24,910 nt of DNA from Tubiluchus corallicola (GCA_030141605.1 JAQGDQ010001369.1:19188-44097); one strand, 5' to 3'; counted from the stretch's first letter, positions 1 through 12,570 are shown. Translations and numbers: made by a program. Notes: generated from the sequence alone by a model not told the origin.

Positions 1-154
1 ATATTATTTCATTTTCACATTAAATGTATACATTCTAACACAATTAATACCGCAAAAGCGTTTCTGATAACTAAATAATAGATTAAAAACTTAATTAATG
101 GCGAAGAAGCCCAACTATTGATTAAATCACAAACTAGCATAATTTCTAACAGCA

Positions 155-570
155 AAAATACAATGTTACTGCAAGATATTTAGCATCTTGTACTAAAACT
201 AGGCAAGTTCTAAAACAAAAATTCAAATTTTAAATTTACAGCTGTATTCACGCAGGACCTGTCGAACATCACAGTATAGTTCATCACAAACTAACACACA
301 TCTGAACTGAAAGTGAAAGGTACAACGCCTGTATTTTATAGAATACGTTTCCGAAATGCAGGCGCTATTACCCGTCTAACTAGCGATTGGCAAAATGCAT
401 GTAACAGCGAAGAACTAGTGGCGCGAACGCGAAATTGTGTTTGTGTGGTAATAATTCTTTCACGTATGTCATTTTTGAAAAAAAATAGTATGTTTCCTTT
501 AATTAATTTAAAGGTCAGGTTGTTTTGAAATACAGTTTAAGATTGGGTCCAGTTTTACTTTAACTAGTAT
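155..570 (+). repeat. Dispersed repeat family A, copy 1 (inverted relative to 19452-19845); probable old non-autonomous DNA transposon fragment
   Basis: Manual alignment to the reverse complement of 19452-19845, e.g. TTTGTGTGGTAATAATTCTTTCACGT, CCCGTCTAACTAG, ATGCATGTAACA, TTGTACTAAAACTAGGCAAGTT. Boundaries approximate; no termini identified. Confidence 0.85.
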
Positions 571-1304
571 AGAAAAAATGAAACGCGTTTCAGACTGGAA
601 TATGAGATATTTCATTGTTACAAACGTAAAGCCGTAACCCTAAGAAGACGGATGAAGAACCAGCGCCAGTAACAGCAGTGGCGCCAATGAACGTAGCAAC
701 AACAACGACGTTGACACGGCATCACTATTTCACTATGACAACTACAACAGAGATATCAACAACAGAGACAGCATCGTCAGCAATTATAGTAGGAGTAGTA
801 GCAACGCAGGACAAAAGCAATAGCAATAACTATTAACTAGAGACAACACCTGCAGGCCTCGCAAGAAAACGAAGAAATGTAGAAAAAGTGTAAAACGATA
901 GTGTGTTTATATGAGAGAATAATTCTAAAGTTTTAACTTACACAAACTGCTGTATTGTTGACGTGCTGAGCGTACTAGAAAATGCTTTAAAAATGGGAAA
1001 ACAAAACTTTTCTAATGAGAACGCATGCGCATAGGAGACGTGCCGCGTCTAGGATGTTCCGACTGAATACAGAATGCCATTTCGACTAATTAAAGTGTCT
1101 CTTAGTAAAACTACACTTGTTATCTGCTACACTAGACATGAGCATTTAATAGAGAAAAGGAACAAAGGCTAAATATTAGAATTTTTACCAAGGTTACCGG
1201 TATGCCTCTGGACAGCACCAGGAAGAAAATCTTGTGTTAGTGCTGCACAGATTGATGGTAAATTTGAAATTTGAGAATCAAAAACAGAAATGGATTAAAG
1301 CAGC

Positions 1305-2750
<1,446 letters not shown>

Positions 2751-3074
2751 TCTAGCTCTTTCATTCTGCCTCTGTCATTTGTTCGGACAAAAATCAGTCA
2801 CACAGACGTGCACTAGTCGTACCTTAGTGCTTTTTCTTCGTTAAATTTATTTTATTTACATCCAAAATAATAGGCCCTACTAGCTTTAACCTACATATAC
2901 ATATTACTAAAGAAAAAGTATCCACCGAAAGTATCCAATTTTCAATTCGTTTTCACGTTTATTTGATACAATAAGTTGTGAAATTATTATAAACATTGCA
3001 AAACAATTAATGACAAGAAATTTAAAGAAATCGACAGATCTGATTCAACTAATAGATGTTGTGAATCCGTCCAT

Positions 3075-3439
3075 GAAACACACTTAAAGCGTTTAGCTCT
3101 GGAGATTCTAAATCTAAAGTCTTTAGAAGAGAGATCTGTTCAAAAAGATTTAGTTTTATGCTACCAAATTATTCATAGAAAAGTTGATGTTGATTTTGAG
3201 AAATTTTTTACTCGTGTGTCTTGCAATAGAACAAGGAAAAATTATTCTCTGAAGCTTTTCGTGGGTCAAACTGCTAATTTGGTCAATTGTTTTCAAATCG
3301 AGTTGTACCGATTTAGAACTCATTGCCTGCATATGTTGATGGTGCACCCCTCGTAACTGCACAAAATATTAAGTTATTTAAAAACCGGTTATATGAAGTT
3401 AACTTGCATAAATTCCTTGTGCATAATAAGCACATGTAA
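3075..3439 (+). pseudogene. Degraded C-terminus of a CR1-type non-LTR retrotransposon ORF2 (5'-truncated LINE)
   Basis: Manual translation: ETHLKRLALEILNLKSLEERSVQKDLVLCYQIIHRKVDVDFEKFFTRVSCNRTRKNYSLKLF...NCF [frameshift] SNRVVPI*NSLPAYVDGAPLVTAQNIKLFKNRLYEVNLHKFL...*. This matches the CR1 ORF2 C-terminal pattern RL..LNL.SLE.RR...DL...YKI...FF...RTRGH..KL...FFSNRVV..WNSLP...FK.RLD. It carries one frameshift and a stop in place of W. Confidence 0.85.
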
Positions 3440-3449
3440 GCAGTTAATC

Positions 3450-3765
3450 CAGTGGTTCCCAAACTTTCTCGGACCGTTACCCAAATCGGGAAACCCGGTC
3501 GTGTCCATTACCCCCCACCTAGTACTACTTACCCAACTCAAAAAGTAAACACACGTATATGCCACAAGCAAGCAAAATTATTTATGTTTGCTGGTGACAT
3601 AAATAAATTTCCAGGTGTTGTTGTTGTAGGCAGTCTCTTCAAGAAGAAAACTGCGTAAAATGCATTCCGAGCGAAGTTTTAAAAATTTTCAGAGGAGTGC
3701 CCCTTACCCCCCAAAAAACCATATTACCCCCCGGGGGTGATTTACCCCTACTTTGGGAACCACTG
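3450..3765 (+). mobile_element. hAT-superfamily MITE (Buster/Charlie-like), copy 1, 316 bp
   Basis: 14-bp perfect TIRs CAGTGGTTCCCAAA / TTTGGGAACCACTG; perfect 8-bp TSD AGTTAATC (3442-3449 and 3766-3773); second copy at 14853-15161. Confidence 0.96.
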
Positions 3766-3905
3766 AGTTAATCTCTTTGTGTCTTTACCACACTCTTGTA
3801 AATATTATATTTGTATGTTTTTTGCCAAAGTGTTTTATATATATCGTTTTTATTATTGACTGTATTTTACTAATGGGTGTGAATAAAATTAATCAGTAAA
3901 TAAAC
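3766..3905 (+). mobile_element. 3' UTR/tail of the CR1-like fragment, separated from the ORF2 end by the MITE
   Basis: T-rich UTR directly continuing from the ORF2 stop once the MITE is removed; AATAAA at 3882-3887 followed by an A-rich tail. Confidence 0.6.
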
Positions 3906-4156
3906 ACATGATAAGTGAAAACTATCCTCTTATATTTACCGTGTTGTGTTTGATATTTAATAAATGTGTTGCTTATTAAATAAAGTCTTGATAGTTTGCC
4001 ATGCCCATCGTGGCTACCTCACACGCCATTCAATAAACAACAATAATCAGCAAGCAGCTTTAACCACAACAATAAACAGACTTTGACCAATTGTTTTACT
4101 AAGAGTTTATGTAAATTGTTTCACTCATGCTCATCTTGATGTAGTCGTTAACTTAA

Positions 4157-4609
4157 CCCTTTCAGTCCCAAATTATTTTTTTAATAAGAATAAATTTTTG
4201 GCTTGATACTTTTGTTCAGTATGTCCATCTTGTTTACACATAATTTTTTTCCTACTTCTGCCCGCGTGCTAAATATAGCCTGTATCCCACGGGATACATT
4301 GGGATTCAATGGAAGCATAAAATGTGCTTCATTTTGCAACTGCTGATAATTTTTTAAAGTATTTAAGACATTTAGTGAGCATGCTATGCTGATCTGTACA
4401 AAGTCGTCTCTAAAGCACTGTACCTTGCGTAGTTTTTTATGTTACGCAGATTTTCTAGTTTGCCATTTTATCACCATTTTAGTCTATTGTTATTGGCTTA
4501 AATCAAAATAACTATTAACAGATCAAATAACTGTCAGTTTTAGAATTTTATTAATTTTAAAGGCAGAAAATATTCTTGTATCCCACGGGATACAATGGGT
4601 ATGAAAGGG
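4157..4609. mobile_element. piggyBac-type MITE, 453 bp
   Basis: TTAA on both sides (4153-4156, 4610-4613); TIRs CCCTTTCAGTCCCA vs CCCTTTCATACCCA (12/14); palindrome TGTATCCCACGGGATACA present twice (4281-4298, 4577-4594). Confidence 0.9.
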
Positions 4610-4964
4610 TTAATGTAGGTAATAGCTCATACATTGCATTTAGCTCTATTTTTTCTCTGCCTGAAACGTAGCATTTAGCTGTATTTATTCGCATATGTAA
4701 TCGTTCTTTTCCATATAATCCTTGTAAATGTCACTTGTTAAATGTTCGTGTAATGTTAAAATAACTATGCGCATTGCTACTCAGATTTTCGATAGTAACA
4801 AACTTTATTCTAATCATATATTAGAAGTCATAAGTCATTTATTTCACATTACACATTTACAATAGTTTCATGTACAATATCTAGTGAAAGGGTCTACAAT
4901 GAACATAATACAAATGAGTTTTTATTGTTTCTGCACAAGAAAAGCCTCAAACACTGTTCACCTG

Positions 4965-5070
4965 TGTACGAATGTAAATGTGCTGCGGGCAATCAAAAAG
5001 CAGGGCTTGTTAGATTGTCCCACACAGTGAAAGAAAAAAAGTAATGGAAATAATCTGAATATTTGAAGTG
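4965..5070 (+). repeat. Dispersed repeat family B, copy 1 (inverted relative to 10345-10452)
   Basis: AGGGCTTGTTAGATTGTCCCACACAGTGAAAGAAAAAA matches the reverse complement of the 10378-10416 region, with further diverged flanks. Confidence 0.85.
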
Positions 5071-5517
5071 AATCGTGTGATAAAAAACATTTAGTGCTTA
5101 AAATGGACTGATGTAACCTGAACTTTAAAACACCAGGGTTTACAGTCGCCCAATAATTGCTTTCCCAGTTTTTCTAAAGCTTAAAAGTTCTAAAATATTT
5201 ACAAAAAACAAAAATGGAACCCGTGTTCCCCCGATAACTTGTAAGTAACATTTTCTAGTGTTTCATGAGCCAAGGCCATGGTTTGCGTAAACAACAACAC
5301 CTGTGTTATCATGTTACTCATAAGTAAAATGGAAATGTTAATAATGGCTGGCTAGGCACGACGCTTGGAGACGTGATTTTAGTGAAAAATAGAAAATATT
5401 TCTTTATTGAAAGGTAGAAGAAACGTTTAAGTTTGTGATTGAGATGGCATTAAATAGCTGAATGGTCATTGCGTTTGGTCAGAAAATGGCCGAGCAACAG
5501 TTTTGGAAACAGTTGCA

Positions 5518-7001
5518 CAGGGCGGGCTCTACCGCTAGGTAAACTAGGCAGTTGTAAAGGCGCAAATTTTGTGGGGGGGGGCAAATTTGCAAGTAATTCT
5601 TTAATTTTTTTGTTTGGTATAAGTAATAACATATTGTATGTGTAATTGCTTTAGCTCACAATACTAATCAAAGTAAACGAACTCGCACTTGCGTTATTGT
5701 CTTGTCAAAGTTTCATGTTCATCGATGTTAACACGTAGCTTTCTTCTCTCAGCAAAACACTATCTTATCTACCCTGGCTTCACCTGGCTTCCTAAGATTA
5801 GATCACCTCATGCAGACATTGCTGACCTTGCCTGCTTCTGCTCACAACTTGCTTCACCTGGCTTCCTAAGATTAGGTCACCTCATGCAGACATTGCTGAC
5901 CTTGCCTGCTTCTGCTCACAACTTGCTTCACCTGGCTTCCTAAGATTAGCTCACCTCATGCAGACATTGCTGACCTTGCCTGCTTCTGCTCACAACTTGC
6001 TTCACCTGGCTTCCTAAGATTAGGTCACCTCATGCAGACATTGCTGACCTTGCCTGCTTCTGCTCACAACTTGCTTCACCTGGCTTCCTGAGATTAGGTC
6101 ACCTCATGCAGACATTGCTGACCTTGCCTGCTTCTGCTCACAACTTGCTTCACCTGGCTTCCTAAGATTAGGTCGTCTCATGCAGACATTGCTGACCTTG
6201 CCTGCTTCTGCTCACAACTTGCTTCACCTGGCTTCCTGAGATTAGGTCACCTCATGCAGACATTGTTGACCTTGCCTGCTTCTGCTCACAACTTGCTTCA
6301 CCTGGCTTCCTAAGATTAGGTCACCTCATGCAGACATTGCTGACCTTGCCTGCTTCTGCTCACAACTTGCTTCACCTGCTTTCCTAAGATTAGGTCACCT
6401 CATGCAGACATTGTTGACCTTGCCTGCTTCTGTTCACAACTTGCTTCACCTGCTTTCCTAAGATTAGGTCACCTCATGCAGACATTGTTGACCTTGCCTG
6501 CTTCTGCTCACAACTTGCTTCACCTGGCTTCCTAAGATTAGGTCACCTCATGCAGACATTGCTGACCTTGCCTGCTTCTGTTCACAACTTATATCGTATG
6601 AATAAGCAGCACAGAAAGCAACGATTCCTCTCGCTAAGAAAAAATTATCTTGCGATGGCATTTATCTAATTACGTCAGGTAAACTCTATAACAACCGAAG
6701 TCTTCAGGGCCTTAATACAGGGAACATGTAAAACGTACAAGGAGGTCATAAATTCAATTTGAAATGAAATCAACACAGGCTGCAGATAGGCAGTTAAGTG
6801 AAGATAATTAGAACACCTTAATAAACGTATTTTAATACGTGCATAAGTCTAAGACACAATTACCATTATGCTTTATTACATACCACAAAAGTTCAATTTG
6901 TGTGGGTGGTGAACACGGGGACATTAGTAAGGGGTTGACTGTTCAATGGGAGTGCTAAAAATACTTTTGCCTAGGGCAAACTACCTAGTGCTCACCCCGT
7001 G
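5518..7001. mobile_element. Possible degenerate hAT-like non-autonomous element enclosing the 74-bp array
   Basis: Left end CAGGGCGGGCTCTACCGCTAGGTAAACTAGGCAGTTG...GGCGCAAATTTTG-G8 and right end TTTTGCCTAGGGCA...CCTAGTGCTCACCCCGTG resemble the CAGGGCCGG...GCCTAGGGC...CCGGCCCTG ends common in animal hAT MITEs. TIR match is poor and there is no clean TSD. Confidence 0.4.
5773..6590. repeat. Minisatellite, 74-bp unit, 11 copies
   Basis: Unit CACCTGGCTTCCTAAGATTAGGTCACCTCATGCAGACATTGCTGACCTTGCCTGCTTCTGCTCACAACTTGCTT starts at 5781, 5855, 5929 ... 6521; only scattered substitutions. Confidence 0.99.
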
Positions 7002-7255
7002 CTTGCTTGCACGTACTACTCTTCTGATTACCACTCAGAAACTCGAAAAGAAAAACGTTGTCAACAACAAAAGCAAAACAGAAGGGTATCATATACACGC
7101 ACGCACATATACAGATTTAGCAGGCAATGTGTAGAATTTAGACATTGCATAAACTCCCTAGACGTATAATCGCTTCTTTACAATTCGGGAAAAGTTTTAA
7201 ATAAATGTTTTTGCTCGGGCACTTTCGCATTTTACCAAGATGTTTTGTATAATAT

Positions 7256-7892
7256 TGTTACGGACTTGTGTCGGATCAGCTATAGGACCTCCACGCGCCC
7301 TGCTTCCACGTTAGCAGCGAGTGTCACCCCTTCCTTGTAGATCCAGACGTCTTGTTTGGGTCTACACACGTGGTGTGAGAAGCTAGCTGACTTGGAATGC
7401 CAGTATAAAAGCGTGTAGAGGTCACTACAGCTCTGGATTTCTGACACAGGTGCTACTCGGCCTAGTATATATGCATGCTGGTACTTTCCTAAGTTAGTTG
7501 TTTTGTATTTTGTTCCTTCCTTTTTGTTGTTAGTGCTGGCAATAAAACTTGTTACAATGTTATTCTAGTGTTCTATTTTGTGACATTTGTGTGTGCTAGA
7601 TGATTGTTACAGTGTTATTATACTGTTCTATTTTGTGACTTTTGTGTGTGCTAGGTGACTTGTTACAGTGTCATTCTAGTGTTTTATTTTGTGACTTTTG
7701 TGTGTGATAGATGACTTGTTACAGTGTCATTCTAGTGTTTTATTTTGTGACTTTTGTGTGTGCTAGGTGACTTGTTACAGTGTCATTCTAGTGTTCTATT
7801 TTGTGACTTTTGTGTGTGCTAGGTGACTTGTTACAGTGTTATTCTAGTGTTTCTATTTTGTCACTTTTGTATGTTCCAGATGACTTGTAACA
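7256..7892 (+). mobile_element. LTR-like segment (Gypsy/BEL-type), solo or 5' LTR
   Basis: Starts TGTTAC and ends GTAACA (6-bp inverted termini, TG...CA); GC-richer 5' part, TATA-like GTATAAAA near 7403-7410, AATAAA at 7541-7546. No matching TSD and no second LTR in the window. Confidence 0.6.
7548..7892. repeat. Minisatellite, ~56-bp unit, ~6 copies, at the 3' end of the LTR-like segment
   Basis: Unit CTTGTTACAGTGTCATTCTAGTGTTCTATTTTGTGACTTTTGTGTGTGCTAGGTGA; GTTACA at 7551, 7606, 7662, 7718, 7774, 7830 and GTAACA at 7887. Confidence 0.97.
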
Positions 7893-10344
7893 AGAGGTAT
7901 ATGCAGTTAGTTCACAAACAATTCATTACTACTTAAGACAGACTAACTAATCCTGGAATTCGGCCCTCTGACTCCTGAGCCAGGTCGAATTCAATCTAAT
8001 ATCTAGGATCTATACCCAATGGGAAAAGTGAATTTATCAGAGTATAATATGAATACAACTCTTGTTAAATCAAACTTTTCCTAAATTTTTCTACAATACC
8101 TAAGCATTGTATAGAAAGAGTAAAATGGCTTAATCAATCTATTAAATTAAACAAGAAGTTGAAGTAAACAGGCGAGTTAATTGCTTAACAGGTATCCAAA
8201 AATGCAGAATAAAAATACAACAGAGTAGTAAGAAAAAATAACATACTAGTAAATTTTAGAATAATAATGACAATCTTTTACAGTGGGGTCTGCACGACAC
8301 TTATGTTGTTGTCTGTGGATCACCACTGTTCAGCACCTTAGTTGGTGGTGCTTCTATCCTGAGTAGTTACAAAGAAGCCATAAAATAAAAATAAGCAGTC
8401 TGCAGAGCTAATAGATGTGCAAGATTTTACTGAGTGGCAACCACATGTCTAGTAATGCTTTTCTGGCCAGACAGAGTTCTCCAACTGTAGACATTTGGGT
8501 ACTAAAGGCAGATTTTTCATGGACGCCGCTGTCTAGGATGTTTCTTTTGTCTATAATTTAGGAAGAATGAATTTTACTAAGTTAAAATTTGGTTATTTGC
8601 TAATAAGATGGTGAGCATTTTGGACTGCTAAAATCAGACCCAAAGTTAGCCAATCAATCTCCATGGTCAAGCTAGCCCACCAGGCATCACCAAACGAAGA
8701 TAAGCATGTTTGCATGTCCCTGTAGGTGTGCTTGTGAAAAAAGACACTTGGAATACCAATGAAGATGCATTTATTTGCAAATACCTTGCTTTTCAACGGA
8801 AAGCCCTCCTTGAGATCTGTATTTTAGTATGATAATTGTATCTCGATTTTTTGAAGAACGATATGACATTCTGGGGCATATGAGAGTGCTTCTAATTTAA
8901 TGGCAATATTAAATTTTGCAGTTACTGATACATACCTGAAAGTAGAAATCTAGAAGCGGAAAATGATCAATTGTTATGCTTTTAATTACAAGCAGACACT
9001 GGATGGGCTAAGAGGGAGAGCTACAATGGATATTAGGGGCCTGCAGAGGTGTGGTCCACCCAGTTTCCATGTTGAAAATTCTTCTCATTTGTTCTGTTTT
9101 GGCATTGGCCTGACGATTTTCAAATGCTTGAGAATTTTATTAGTCACTCATCATGGAAATTGTTACAGAGAACGATTATTAGCACTTCAGTTTCTTCCAA
9201 TTAAGATGTCCATGCCACGTTATCTACTTATTCACAATCACGCGATAAATTCAAGTTGATTCTTTGCTATAACTGATGCCTTTCTGAACACATATTATCT
9301 GTATACTTAAATGATATTGATTCAAGCATTAGTCATGTGGTATTATTGTGCTGTTATTTCCACTGTTTTTATTATTTTCGTATGGCTGTTGCTAGCAACT
9401 GCTTTACTTGCTTGTGATACGGAACTTCTCTTCTAAGACTTAAATTTTGTTCATAAGACTCTGGGTCATTGCATTTTTATCGATTTTTGAACTACTCACG
9501 TCAGTTATTGAGCTGGCTTTATGGACTCAATTAACCTTTTGGGTTCTGATACACTATTGCACTGTACGTCGTGGGGGGAGCGTTTCTGTAGTATGGTTCG
9601 GGCTAAGACTATGACTGCCCATATTGCTTGCGGCCTTTTATGAATTTTCATACATAACTGTGTAAACACAACGAAGCAACTGCGTTCATAAAAAAATATT
9701 ATAGTTTGTTAAAGTGTTAATAATTGATAGCAGTTTTGAAAGTATGGTTCATTCAATCTCTTTGTAAGGGTAAACCACGCCGCAAAATTTTTCAGTCACG
9801 TGAAGGAGAGGCAGTTGATTTGCACAGGTATTGGACCTTTGGAATTTTTATCGAATTTTGCGACTACAATTGCACTTTTATGCCTTCTACCTCTAGTTCT
9901 TTCGTTGCTCCTTGTAGGTATTAGGCCTGTAGCGGTGAATGTAGTACATGCGTCAGAGTTTCCATTCTGATTATTTTTGCTTTAGGATAATGTTTTAACT
10001 TATATTTATAAGCGTGCATATTACTTTTGTGCCCGTCAAGTCAATATTTGCTTATGAGGGATTCAGTGTAGTGTTTATTGATGGCTACTAATGTTAATGT
10101 AATCTGACATTGCCAAGAAACGTTTGCAATTTAACAGTACCATTATTGGTGACAAATATTTTGCGTTGCAAAAAACTTATAACGTTTTGAAAAAAGATTA
10201 ACAACAAAAATAACATCCTATTCAGTTCACAATAGACTTAGAATTCAGTTCAGAATTTTCGGAACTTTCACCAAACTGTCGATATGGAAAACTTTAACTT
10301 TTTCTTATTACTAACCACTTTTACGTTTTGCCGTGGAATTTGTT

Positions 10345-10452
10345 TATTTCAAATTTTCAGACTATTTTCATTATTATTTTTTCTTTCACAGTGTGGGACA
10401 ATCTAACAAGCCCTACTTTTTGACTGTCGGCAATACATTTACATTTGTATAT
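10345..10452 (-). repeat. Dispersed repeat family B, copy 2
   Basis: Reverse-complement match to 4965-5070. Confidence 0.85.
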
Positions 10453-10669
10453 ATAGCAAACCTAAACTATTATATATCTAAACTAGTTATGTGCTCAAAG
10501 TAAACTGTATACGAATTTACTAAGCAACATACAATAGCAATAATTCTCTTGTTTATCTTTCAACCCCACAGTGTTCTGAGAGTCAATTTAGTATATTTGT
10601 AACGATGCTGTACATAACATTGTTTAGATATCAGTATTAAAGGAAGTAGCGATATCACTATCTTTGTTT

Positions 10670-10840
10670 ACCATAGATTGACCTATGTCTAAAGACAGTT
10701 TAAATCATTTTTCCCAAAATTTGCTTCCTATTATGTATCTTACTGTTTGTTATTCATTGAATTATTGATAACTTTTTCTTTCTTTTAATGTATTAATTGT
10801 GTATTTGCGTTGATGTGAAATAAATAAACAATAAAAAAAA
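10670..10840 (+). mobile_element. Probable truncated LINE 3' end
   Basis: Degenerate hairpin (TGTCT-AA-AGACA inside GATT...AATC), T-rich spacer, AATAAA at 10819 and A-rich tail. Confidence 0.4.
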
Positions 10841-11219
10841 TTTATTGGACCTATAATTTGTTCTAAAATACAAACTACCATATAAATAATTGTAGGATGT
10901 GGAGCTGACAGTCCACTGGCATCGCGTGTCTAGTTTTTTTTGCTGGAATAACTGTTGTGTGTTTACCCGTCTTTTTAAGAATTTTAAGATACTTTTCTTT
11001 CAACTCTTTTTTTTCATAACTAAACATACATGTTTATCCACTTTTGCTAGCTACAAGCGGGAAATTAATTTTTCTTCTTCTTCCTTTGGCTCTAGGTCCT
11101 CATAACATTAATTTTAAATACGTAATGGTTAAATTATTATTTAAAGATAGTCACGTGTGTCTCTTCTTTCCCATTATTGAACATTATTTTATTATAAACT
11201 AACACATTCATATAACATT

Positions 11220-11533
11220 CAATTTTCATTCGTCTTAAATGCAAAATCTGATAATTTTTAATTACCTGATACATGCGCATTAACTAATTAATTATATTAG
11301 TAACAATCCTGAGAGGGTGGCTGACCTCGATAACTTATAGTTCTTTCGCCACCCTTTTACCACTAATTAATAATTACTTTTACACTCTGTAATATTATTG
11401 TATGTTGTATAGATTTATAAATGTGTTAGTTATGTATTTTGCTATTTTAAAAATGGTGATAAACTAATAAACTTACTTACTTGCTTACTTACTTACTTAC
11501 TAACTTACTTAGTTACTTACTTACTTACTTACT
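11220..11533 (+). mobile_element. Truncated CR1/L2-like LINE 3' end with (ACTT)n tail
   Basis: Stem-loop AGGGTGGC (11314-11321) / GCCACCCT (11348-11355), AATAAA at 11466-11471, then (ACTT)n 11471-11533. Stem-loop plus short-repeat tail is the typical CR1/L2 3' end. 5' boundary approximate. Confidence 0.7.
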
Positions 11534-11917
11534 CGAAGACAAATTTGTTTTATTATAGTATTCTGCCTACCCAATGTCTACAATAGCCGTAACGGGCATA
11601 TGATGGTGATGATGATGTTGTTTTAGGATACAGCAAGTACAGTTACTTGTTTACACACTGTCCAGTCTTACAAATCACATACAGTGTGATTACAAAAAGT
11701 TACATTTTCATTGTTTTGCATAATGATATGCCGTAATATCTTATTTGCTTGTTTGAGAATATGTACAGTACTTCATTGCATACATACTGGTGTTAAAACA
11801 ATGCCAATGATTCAGTAAATAAGCAAAATTGAGTAGTTTATTAACTTTGAGTGCTCTAGTGTTGTGATGATGTATTTAAAGGTTCCTTATTTGGGCACAA
11901 AAGTAAAAAATCTTGAA

Positions 11918-12310
11918 CAGTGTTCTCTCGCTACTTCGCGGTTCGTTTATCGCGGACTCGCTGTTTCGCGGGTTTTTGCGGTACTCCGTCTAAAGTATTT
12001 CTGCACATGCGTAGTACGTATTGTACAGTAATGTACAGATTTGATGAATTTTGCATAAAGAATCACAAAATATATAAAAATATATTACAAATATTAATTA
12101 TAACCTTAAAAGAACATTATAAATCATAAAAAATTACCATTTACAGTACATAGTGTATTTATTCGGCGGATGAATACACACCAAAAACGAAATGTAGTAC
12201 TTGCACCTGCTTGAGATGCTACTTGCCAACGTGAGATTGTAAGAGTTTAAAACATTTTTTATGAATATTTAAGTAAAATTTTTTAAAGGGTGCATGTACA
12301 GTACGGGAAA
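11918..12310 (+). mobile_element. pogo/Tigger-like element fragment (left end only)
   Basis: Begins CAGTGTTCTCTCGCTACTTCGCGGTTCGTTTATCGCGGACTCGCTGTTTCGCGG, with repeated TCGCGG subterminal motifs and several TACAGTA motifs. No right TIR found; right boundary approximate. Confidence 0.55.
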
Positions 12311-12329
12311 AGTTATTAAGGGAATCCAA

Positions 12330-12570
12330 ACTTTTGCAGCTTGCCTAATGTTCATGCAAAAATATCAAAATATTAGCTATGTGATTTTTTGTAAAATCTT
12401 GTACTTTAGATGGACAGTGGGCTGTTTTCTTCAGCCGATGAGCGACACCACTGGTCGAAGATTTGGCGTTTAAAACGGGAGTGCCCAGGGGTGAAATAAT
12501 CAGGACTTTAAGTCACTTCACTAATTACATGCGGTGCTTATCATACTTTCATTGCTAAATCTTATAAAAC
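12330..12570 (+). repeat. Dispersed repeat family C, copy 1 (direct, diverged copy at 22648-22898)
   Basis: Collinear blocks TGCAGCTT, TTTTTTGTAAAA, GCCGATGA, CCCA(G/A)GGGTGAAAT(A/G)ATC, ACTAAT shared with 22648-22898. Confidence 0.75.

Noticed and set aside
5773-6590. CRISPR array or ribozyme-bearing repeat interpretation of the 74-bp array
   Set aside because: Units are head-to-tail with no unique spacers, no cas genes are present, and there is no hammerhead CUGANGA/GAAA core on either strand.
6676-6712. Tigger-like left-end fragment; similar right-end-like fragment at ~15975-16010
   Set aside because: Degenerate, unpaired and without a verifiable TSD.
9531-9720. Possible small piggyBac MITE (TTAACCTTTT...AAAGTGTTAA)
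   Set aside because: TIR match is too short and imperfect to distinguish from chance in AT-rich DNA.
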